Below are positions 1-7,495 of a stretch of DNA of 64,000 nt, in pieces. The translations under genes were made by a program, and so were the position numbers. This stretch comes from Planctomycetota bacterium (lineage in GTDB: Bacteria > Planctomycetota > JAJSAM01 > JAJVHW01). Position 1 is the first letter of the stretch. Every line of letters begins with the position of its first letter. Location: positions 96,001 through 160,000 of the forward strand of contig CBDFJG010000002.1 in the NCBI GenBank assembly GCA_965248445.1. Reading direction: 5' to 3'. Under the pieces are notes generated by a model. That model saw only the letters and a program-made list of their open reading frames with translations, was not told the DNA's origin and did not search any database.

Positions 1-312
1 CAGGCGCCACCTTCCGAGTGCGTCGTCCGGCACCGCGTGGCCGAGAACGACGACGGGAGACGCTCCTGCGGCCGCCGCGACGTCGAGCGCGCGTGCCAGC
101 TTGACGTGGGAGCGGCGCGCGCCTCGCACGACAGCGAACGTGAACGGGCCGTCAGAGACGTCTTGGTCGCCCATCTCGTAGCCGAGCGAGATCTCGCCCG
201 TCTTCTCGATGCGCTCGTCGTGCGTCGACCGCCACTGATGCGCGCGCACCGCCGCCAGGGCGGTGGCGAGGGCCAGCAGCAGGCACAGCGATCCCGCGAT
301 CCGTTTCAACAT
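1..312 (-). CDS. Hypothetical exported/membrane-anchored protein, partial (runs off the left window edge)
   Basis: Manual translation from ATG at 312: MLKRIAGSLCLLLALATALAAVRAHQWRSTHDERIEKTGEISLGYEMGDQ...; frame is open to position 1; hydrophobic N-terminus. Confidence 0.6.
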   Translation of the reverse strand, partial: MLKRIAGSLCLLLALATALAAVRAHQWRSTHDERIEKTGEISLGYEMGDQDVSDGPFTFAVVRGARRSHVKLARALDVAAAAGASPVVVLGHAVPDDALGRWRL

Positions 313-411
313 GGTGTCAATCCTCGTGAGCTCCGTGCAGAGGTGCGGACCCGGAGCAGGTGCTCCGGGTCCGCGTGCGATCCCCGTAGAAGGAACGCGA
401 CATGGAGTCGG

Positions 412-1389
412 TTACCGCACCGGCTTCCGATCCAGCGACGGCAGTGCGTCGGTCTCGGGCTGGGCGGGCTTGGTGTCGACCGGCGTCGGGTCGATGGGCT
501 CGGGATCGGGCTCCAGCGGCTCCGGGAGGTCCCGGCGGCATGAGAAGCCAACCAGGCCGTCGAACCACCAGCCGACCCTCGCCAGCTTGCAGAAGTTGTA
601 TCGGTTCGCCTCGTCCACGGCGTCGATCACGGTGCGGCCCTCGAAGGTGCCCGCGATGATCGAAGCGTTCAGGCGGCGCAGCCGGCGCACGACCAGGTTG
701 TCAGCACCGAAGGCGCGAATGAGCTTCTTGACGCCGCGACGGTCGACGTGGCCCTGGTAGTAGCCCTCGTCGTGGAACGGAGCGTTGCAACGCGAGAAAT
801 CCAGCGGGTCGGTTGCGAGATCCGGGTCACCGAAGTTGGGGCGCAGGCCCTGCGTGCCGATGAGGCCGAAGTCGAGCATGCCGAATGTGAACGTGCCGTC
901 GGGGCCGGCACTGAACGTCGCGTTCAGATCCATGCGGGCTACGAACCCGCCGATCGGAGTGACGCCGTTCGGTCCCCTGTTGCGGATCCAGCGCGTCGTC
1001 CGCACGAGCGCGGAGAACCGCACGTCGCGGCCGCCGAACGCCTGTGCGAGCACTTCGTCACAGTCGTTCAGCTTGACGTCGCGATCGAAGTGCACCGAGC
1101 GCACCACGTGATAGCGCTCACGCGTCCCGTCCGCTTCGAACGGCGGGCAACGATAGCGGAAGCAGCCGAGCACCTTGGCGTCGCCTGCCACGTTGAACGA
1201 GTTGACACGGAGGCCGAACAACGGCCCGCGCCGGTCGACGACCGGGCGATCCACGTTGCCGACCTCGGCGAACCGGTCGCGCGCCGACAGCGCCTCGGCG
1301 TCGCTCGTACCGATGAGCGGTGCGGCGGCCACGGCCCCGACGAGCGCCGCGGCGATCGTGGTGTGAGTGAGCGTCGTCTTCCAACGCAT
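412..1389 (-). CDS. Secreted hypothetical protein
   Basis: AGGAGG lies 7 nt before ATG 1389; signal peptide ending in A-E-A; several Cys; Pro/Glu-rich C-terminal tail. Confidence 0.75.
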   Translation of the reverse strand: MRWKTTLTHTTIAAALVGAVAAAPLIGTSDAEALSARDRFAEVGNVDRPVVDRRGPLFGLRVNSFNVAGDAKVLGCFRYRCPPFEADGTRERYHVVRSVHFDRDVKLNDCDEVLAQAFGGRDVRFSALVRTTRWIRNRGPNGVTPIGGFVARMDLNATFSAGPDGTFTFGMLDFGLIGTQGLRPNFGDPDLATDPLDFSRCNAPFHDEGYYQGHVDRRGVKKLIRAFGADNLVVRRLRRLNASIIAGTFEGRTVIDAVDEANRYNFCKLARVGWWFDGLVGFSCRRDLPEPLEPDPEPIDPTPVDTKPAQPETDALPSLDRKPVR

Positions 1390-1586
1390 GAACATTCCTC
1401 CTGACGGCTCCTGCCACCGTGGGGCTGCGATCCCCGGGGCGCGGGCTGCCGCGTTCTTCTCGATGGACTCTCCGGATCGGTGGGTCCGGCGTTACCGGAC
1501 AGGCTCCGGGAGGCTCATTCGAGGTCTGGCCGCGATGCGGGCGGTCCCGTACCTTCTGTGGACCGTCCGGAAACAGGAGAAGCACG

Positions 1587-2864
1587 ATGAAGAACCGTGG
1601 AATCCGGCGCCTGGGCTGGGCGCTCGCCCTGATCGCTGGCTTGGTGCTCGCCGCCACGCCGGCCGGTGTCGATGCCGGCGACGAGCCGCAGAAGAAGCGC
1701 CGGGCCGCCACCGAAGAGCGGCTCGACGACGCCGAGCGCAAGGTCAAGATGGCCAGAGCGAAGTACCAGAGAGCGCGAGAGGCGCTCGACGCGGCCCGAG
1801 GCGCGCACGCGGGCTTCGAGAAGCGTCTCGACGAACTCGAGGAGGAGCTCGTGTCGCTCCGCCGCCGCGGCGGCAGCGAGGACGACAAGCACCGCATCGA
1901 GATCGCGATCGAAAAGACGCGAGCGGACATCGAGGAGCGCCGGGCGAAGGGCGGTGAGGGGGCCACACGAAAGCGCATCGAGAAGATGGAAGCGGCGGCG
2001 GGCAAGCAGGCCCAGCTCCTGCGGCGCGCGGAGGAGCACTTCGTGAAGGTGCGCGATCGACTCAAGGAGCAGGACTACAAGTTCCCCGAGGTCCCGGCGG
2101 ACCACGCCGAGGACCGCAAGCGCCGCGTGAACCAGCTCGAAGCCGAGGTCCGCGACCTGCGCAAGCAACTGGCGGCAACAGAGTCGGCGGCCGACGGGAT
2201 GAACCCGCGCCTCCGCGAGCGGATCGAGCTGCGCGCCGAGCAGGCGCGAGAGGAGGCCGAGGAGCTCCGCGCGGCGTTGCGTGCGGCCGAAGAGGATGGC
2301 CTGGGAGAGAAGCACGTCAAGGTCGTCCGTCTTCGCAGGGACATCGACCGCGCCCACTCGCGAATCCGCGCGATGGAGGAACAGCTGGCGGACGGCGGGG
2401 TCCCCGAGGCCGCGGCGGCTAGGCGCAGCGAGCTCGCCCGCGCCATCGAAGTGCGCATGAAGGCCATCCGGACTGTGATGGCGTTGAAGGACGGCGAGCG
2501 CAAGAAGGGCAACAAGAAGGGCGGCAAGAGGAACAACGGAGACCTCGACATGATGGCCACGCAGATCGAGCGGCTGGGCAAGGCCGTCGAGAGGCTGCAC
2601 GACATCGTGGAGCGCCACCACGGGCAGGCCCCGGCGACCGACCGCAAGCGCCCGCGCGCACCGCGTGACGGGTCGCGGGACGAGGTCGTGACCAGGATGA
2701 AGCAGATGCAGGACCACATCGCGAAGCTCGAAGCCGAGAACGCGCGCCTGAGCGCGATGGCAGCAGAGGCGGATGCGACGCGCCGGAAGCTGCTCGAGGT
2801 GCAGGAGCAGTTCGACCACCTGCGCGAGCACGGCCACTTCCACGGGCCGGGTGAGAACGACTAG
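1587..2864 (+). CDS. Secreted long coiled-coil protein
   Basis: AGGAG RBS before ATG 1587; signal peptide MKNRGIRRLGWALALIAGLVLAATPAGVDA; E/K/R/A-rich heptad-like sequence throughout. Confidence 0.8.
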   Translation: MKNRGIRRLGWALALIAGLVLAATPAGVDAGDEPQKKRRAATEERLDDAERKVKMARAKYQRAREALDAARGAHAGFEKRLDELEEELVSLRRRGGSEDDKHRIEIAIEKTRADIEERRAKGGEGATRKRIEKMEAAAGKQAQLLRRAEEHFVKVRDRLKEQDYKFPEVPADHAEDRKRRVNQLEAEVRDLRKQLAATESAADGMNPRLRERIELRAEQAREEAEELRAALRAAEEDGLGEKHVKVVRLRRDIDRAHSRIRAMEEQLADGGVPEAAAARRSELARAIEVRMKAIRTVMALKDGERKKGNKKGGKRNNGDLDMMATQIERLGKAVERLHDIVERHHGQAPATDRKRPRAPRDGSRDEVVTRMKQMQDHIAKLEAENARLSAMAAEADATRRKLLEVQEQFDHLREHGHFHGPGEND

Positions 2865-3039
2865 CGGCGGGCGGTCGCGAGAATCACGGTTCGCGGGCGG
2901 GCGCGCAGCGCCCCCCCCCCGATGCGGGGCGCACTCGTCACGCGAATAGCGGAGGGCGGGCCGTTTGCGGAGCAGGCGGCATGACCGCAGCCCTTCCGCA
3001 GCGTCCGGAGGACGCGAAGGAAGGGAAACAACGGCGGCG

Positions 3040-3082
3040 CCCCTTGGCACGTTGAGCGCTGCGCGCTCAACGTGCCAAGGGG
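3040..3082. terminator. Perfect 20-bp stem hairpin between convergent genes, probable terminator
   Basis: CCCCTTGGCACGTTGAGCGC-TGC-GCGCTCAACGTGCCAAGGGG, 10 nt past the dehydrogenase stop. Confidence 0.65.
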
Positions 3083-3092
3083 GCAGCGACGG

Positions 3093-4163
3093 CTAAGCCG
3101 GCGCTGCAGCCGACGCGCGCTTCGCGTCGTCGAGGAGCTTCTTGGCGAGCACCAGCGCTGCGTGGCTGGTCGGGATCTCCTGCTCACGCGACGTCCGGAC
3201 GATGTCCTCGATCGCGCGGCGGATGTTCTTCACGCGCTTCAAGGAGGCGGCCTCGTCATATCCGCCCTCGGCGAACTCGACGCTGACGTTGATGATGCCG
3301 CCCGCGTTGATGACGAAGTCCGGCGCGTACAGGATGCCGCGGCGCAGGAGTTCCTCGCCGTGGCGATCCTCGGCGAGCTGGTTGTTCGCACCGCCCGCGA
3401 TCGCCTTGCACTTGAGCTGCGGAATGGTGCGGTCGTTCAGGATGGCCCCGAGAGCACACGGCGCGAAGATGTCCGCGTCCGCGGCATAGATCTCGCGCGG
3501 TGAGCAGACCTCGGCGCCGAGTTCGGCCGCGACGGACGAGAGCTTGGACTCGTTGACGTCGGTCAGGATGAGCTTCGCACCGGCATCGCGCAGCAGCTTG
3601 GCCAGGCCGAAGCCGACGTTGCCGACGCCCTGCACCGAGACGGTCTTGCCCTTGAGATCATCGTTGCCGAAGACCGCCTCCGCCGTGGCGAGCAGGCCTT
3701 CGTAGATGCCGAGGGAGGTGTACGGCGACGGATCGCCGGAGCCACCGGACGAGCGGGGCAGACCGCTGACGTACGGTGTCACTTCGCGCAGACACATCAT
3801 GTCCGCTTCGCTCGTGCCCACGTCCTCGGCAGTCGTGTACCGGCCGGCGAGGGTGTGCACGAAGCGCCCCATTGCTCGGAAGAGATCGGGGGACTTGTCC
3901 GTCTTCGGGTCGCCGACGATGACGGCCTTGCCGCCGCCCAGCCCCGTGCGCGCGACGGCGCTCTTGTAGGACATCCCCTCGGACAGCCGCAGCACGTCCG
4001 TCACGGCGTCTTCCTCGCGCGTGTAGCGCCACATACGGCATCCACCCAGCGCGGGTCCAAGCGTCGTGTCGTGGACGGCAATGAAGGCGTTCAGGCCCGC
4101 TCGCGGGTCGGTGGCCCTGTAGACCTCCTCGTACCCGTCGACGGGCAGCCTCCTGATCTCCAT
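3093..4163 (-). CDS. Glu/Leu/Phe/Val dehydrogenase (leucine dehydrogenase-like)
   Basis: AVHDTTLGPALGGCR, MSYK, GGGK, TAEDVGT, QGVGNVG, GGANNQL, APDFVINAGG motifs; GAAGGAG RBS before ATG 4163. Confidence 0.95.
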   Translation of the reverse strand: MEIRRLPVDGYEEVYRATDPRAGLNAFIAVHDTTLGPALGGCRMWRYTREEDAVTDVLRLSEGMSYKSAVARTGLGGGKAVIVGDPKTDKSPDLFRAMGRFVHTLAGRYTTAEDVGTSEADMMCLREVTPYVSGLPRSSGGSGDPSPYTSLGIYEGLLATAEAVFGNDDLKGKTVSVQGVGNVGFGLAKLLRDAGAKLILTDVNESKLSSVAAELGAEVCSPREIYAADADIFAPCALGAILNDRTIPQLKCKAIAGGANNQLAEDRHGEELLRRGILYAPDFVINAGGIINVSVEFAEGGYDEAASLKRVKNIRRAIEDIVRTSREQEIPTSHAALVLAKKLLDDAKRASAAAPA

Positions 4164-4282
4164 CTCGGCATCTCCTTCCGCTGGGCGCGGACTCTCTGCG
4201 CACCCTCTGACCAAGGCGGCCGAGGGTACTCGGCGGGGTAGGGCGCTCTCCACTTTCCCCCCGGCTCGCCCGGGCTCCCGGC

Positions 4283-5902
4283 TCAGCGCCCGGACCAGTC
4301 GATCGGGATCACGATCTGGATCTCGTGGGCGTCCCCGCTCAGGGCCCGATACGGGCTCTCCACGCCGCCGCGGCCAGGCACCTCGGCGCGGACGTCTGGA
4401 GGGCCGTGAAGACTGCACGTCACTCCGCGAGTCACCGGGTCGGGGCGCAGGACGCCGCCCTCCGGACAGCGCGGCGAGAACCCGAACAGCACGAGGGCAC
4501 GCTCGGGCAGGTCCCCATCAGCGCCGTCCACGAGCGCCAGCGCCGCCAAGTCCCCACGGCTGGCGGCGCACGCATCCGCGTAACGGTGGCGTGAGTCGGG
4601 CTCCGTGCCGTGCGTGATGGCGTCGATGAGCGCCGACGACGACCCGTCCAGAGTCGCCGTGACGTGCGCGCCCGCGCGATCGGTGCGGATCGCCAGTCGG
4701 CGCACGGGAAACGGCGCTCTGCCGAACCGCGGCTGGACCGACGCCTCCTCCGCCCCGAGCGCGCGCAGCAGATGGACGACACCGCGAGTCGCGCGTGCGG
4801 CGAGTGCCGCGTCGACATCGAAGATCCCCCCAGGCGGAAACACGGCGGCGACCGCGAAGTCCCCCGGTCCTGCGCCGGGGTCCGCCAGAAACACGGCAGC
4901 ATCGGAATCGTCGGCCCAGGTATCGGGCACACCGCCCGACAGCCAGTCGAGCAACGCAGCGTCCGTCGCGACGATTTCGACGTCGCCGATGATGCGGCGC
5001 ACGCTGCGGCGCACACGCTCCATGGGGAACGGATCGCGCTCCGGACGCCACTGGTGATCGGGCTTCGACTCGATCGCCACACCGGCCTTCGTGTGCATCG
5101 CGTGACGATCCGGGTCCTCGATACGTAGGAGGACCGCAGCAGCCAGAGGACCGCGCGAGTATGGAGGTGCGACCACGAGGGCCATTTCCGAGACGCCCTT
5201 GGAGACGCCGGGGTTCGTACGCCAGATCGTCGGCAGGAGCAGGTGGAAGAGCGTCAGCCGCAGAGTCGCGGCGTCGCGGGCATCGCCGTGTCCCGCCAGC
5301 ACGTGCCCGATGAACTCGTCGAACGTCCCGGCGAGCCGGAAACCGGCCTCCACACTGCGGAATCGCGCGAACGCGAACTGCCGCGGCGCCCAGGCGGAGA
5401 GCGGCGCCCCGGGCGGCGGGGGCGCGCCTCCCGGAACGAGCCCATCCCCCGGAAGAAGGTCGCTGGGGTCGATCGTGATGCCGGGGACGGGTTCGATCAC
5501 GGCTGGCGGAGCGCGCAAGCCGGCCGCTAGCGCGGGAGCCAGCGTGCCCGCCAGCCCGTCCAGCGCTGCGGCGACCGCACGGCGGACCTCGTCGCCGCGC
5601 GGCTCTGGGGATGGCTCCCGTCGCAGCGGGACGAACTGCAGGACGCCCTCGGCATCGAAGGTGGCGACCTCCGCCGCGTCCGGCTCTCCGTCGAGGCGTC
5701 CGAGCAGCGGCCCGTCCGCCTCGTGCGGCGCGAGGATGCGAACCCCCGCGGCCGGGTACCAGCGGCCGGTGACCGACTCGGCCGAGACGAACCAGCCTTC
5801 GTCATCCACGTGAACGAGCGGTCCCGGCGGCTCGCCGGGCGCGCACGCGGCGACAGCGGCGACAGCGGCGAGGCACGCCGCCGCGACACAGCGCAGATGC
5901 AC
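4283..5902 (-). CDS. Hypothetical lipoprotein
   Basis: Lipobox-like VAAC after a hydrophobic N-terminus; C-terminal CPEGG...CSLHG motif; 2 nt from the upstream gene. Confidence 0.7.
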   Translation of the reverse strand: MHLRCVAAACLAAVAAVAACAPGEPPGPLVHVDDEGWFVSAESVTGRWYPAAGVRILAPHEADGPLLGRLDGEPDAAEVATFDAEGVLQFVPLRREPSPEPRGDEVRRAVAAALDGLAGTLAPALAAGLRAPPAVIEPVPGITIDPSDLLPGDGLVPGGAPPPPGAPLSAWAPRQFAFARFRSVEAGFRLAGTFDEFIGHVLAGHGDARDAATLRLTLFHLLLPTIWRTNPGVSKGVSEMALVVAPPYSRGPLAAAVLLRIEDPDRHAMHTKAGVAIESKPDHQWRPERDPFPMERVRRSVRRIIGDVEIVATDAALLDWLSGGVPDTWADDSDAAVFLADPGAGPGDFAVAAVFPPGGIFDVDAALAARATRGVVHLLRALGAEEASVQPRFGRAPFPVRRLAIRTDRAGAHVTATLDGSSSALIDAITHGTEPDSRHRYADACAASRGDLAALALVDGADGDLPERALVLFGFSPRCPEGGVLRPDPVTRGVTCSLHGPPDVRAEVPGRGGVESPYRALSGDAHEIQIVIPIDWSGR

Positions 5903-5904
5903 GG

Positions 5905-7275
5905 TTACTTCTCGCCGGGCGGCGGCAACGGCGGCAGGGCGCGGGGCGGAGGCAGCGGCACGCCGCCGGACGTGTCGACGCGGTCCTTCTCACCCATCGT
6001 GTCGTAGAGCAGCCGCAGCGCGAGGAACGTGGCGGGTCCGTGGAACGCGGGGCCGCGCAACTCACCGGCGGTGTCGCGCGCTTCCCACGGCAGTGCAGCA
6101 CCGTCCGCGAGCGTCGCCTCCGCGGCCTTCAGCGGCGCGTCGAAGAGTGCGCGGTCGAGCGCGCCGATCGGCAGTGGGAACTCGCCGCGGACCATCGCGC
6201 GCAGCCAGCCGAGCGGCGCAGCCGCACCTACCAACTGCGGAGCCCCCCCGTCGAGCAGCGGCGGCGCAGCGTCGCCCGGAGTGTGCAGCCAGAAGTCCGG
6301 TCCTTGGTTCGTCGGCCGCTTGTCCGCGCTCGCCGGACAGGGCACGTCATTGGCGCCGGCCACGCCCCACGTGCCGCGCACTCCCACGATGACGCTGACG
6401 GGACCGGTCGACGTGGTCTCGGCCACCCACTCGGGCGGCGGAGACGGCAGGAAGGGCATGTCTCCGGGGGACGGCACGGCAACGGCGACGGCCGGCGGGA
6501 AGTCGATGGGGATCGGCGCGGTGATCGCCGCACTGCGCAGCGGCCCCGACAGTGACTCGCGATGCCCGAACATCCAACCCGTCCACGCGTGGTCCCCCAC
6601 ACCGCGGCGCGCGGTCATCAGCTTGGTGCCGGTGTCGCCCCCGTCCTTCGCCCGCGCCAATCCGCGGAAGAGCAAGCCGAGTGGCAACGGATGGTCCGCC
6701 GCGACTACCAGGCCGTCCTGCGCCGCCAGGTAGAGCGTGCGATTTCTCGAGATCAACGTCAGGACCGTCCGACCGGCCACTTGCTCCGACTTCCGCTCGG
6801 GTTCGTAGTGCGATCCGAGGCCGCCTTCCACGAGATCCTCGAGCGCCCGCTTCAGCACCGCTTCGCCGGCAGACGTCCGAAGCGCGAGGAGCGTCCCGCG
6901 GTCCCCGGCCCCCGGGACGGGCGGTGCACGCATGGAGAGGAACAGCAGTTCTCCGTCGGCCACCTTCAGCAGTTGCTCCGCTCCGCGGGCGAACCGCCTA
7001 GCGTTGTCGTCGCGTCCCCATCGCGAGAACTGCTCCTTCAGAGCCTTGCGCCAGGCGTCGGCGGGTCCGAGCCCCGCCTGTCGGGCCTGCTCCAGAAACG
7101 CGGGGAGACTCGGGATGTGGATCAGGCGATCCGCCCGTTCACCAGCGGCGGAGAGGAGCATCTCGCCCGTCGGAGCGGCTACAGGAGCCTGGACCGGGGC
7201 CTCCTGCGCGGCCACGAGCGGAGGCAGGACGAGGAGAGCGCCGAGGAGGGTCAGGAGGCGGAGCGGAGCACGCAC
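5905..7275 (-). CDS. Secreted hypothetical protein
   Basis: Signal peptide MRAPLRLLTLLGALLVLPPLVAA; 456-aa ORF co-oriented with the neighbouring gene. Confidence 0.7.
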   Translation of the reverse strand: MRAPLRLLTLLGALLVLPPLVAAQEAPVQAPVAAPTGEMLLSAAGERADRLIHIPSLPAFLEQARQAGLGPADAWRKALKEQFSRWGRDDNARRFARGAEQLLKVADGELLFLSMRAPPVPGAGDRGTLLALRTSAGEAVLKRALEDLVEGGLGSHYEPERKSEQVAGRTVLTLISRNRTLYLAAQDGLVVAADHPLPLGLLFRGLARAKDGGDTGTKLMTARRGVGDHAWTGWMFGHRESLSGPLRSAAITAPIPIDFPPAVAVAVPSPGDMPFLPSPPPEWVAETTSTGPVSVIVGVRGTWGVAGANDVPCPASADKRPTNQGPDFWLHTPGDAAPPLLDGGAPQLVGAAAPLGWLRAMVRGEFPLPIGALDRALFDAPLKAAEATLADGAALPWEARDTAGELRGPAFHGPATFLALRLLYDTMGEKDRVDTSGGVPLPPPRALPPLPPPGEK

Positions 7276-7495
7276 GGGCTTCAGAGGTTACCCTTCACCC
7301 GGTCGGGGCGATGAATAGGGGGCGGGGGCGCGGACAGCCGCGCGCGCGCCTCTGCTGTTAGATTGGGGGGCTCGGATCGCGTATCCGGGAGACCCCTGAA
7401 CCCCTCCGCCGGGAGCGCCGCAGCGCTTGTCGGCTCATCCGCTGAGGCGGCTGAGACGACAACTCCCGTGCGTATCTGCCACTACGGAGATTCGA

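Noticed and set aside
2911..2920. C10 homopolymer as a phase-variation tract
   Set aside because: It lies between two gene 3' ends, not in a CDS or promoter
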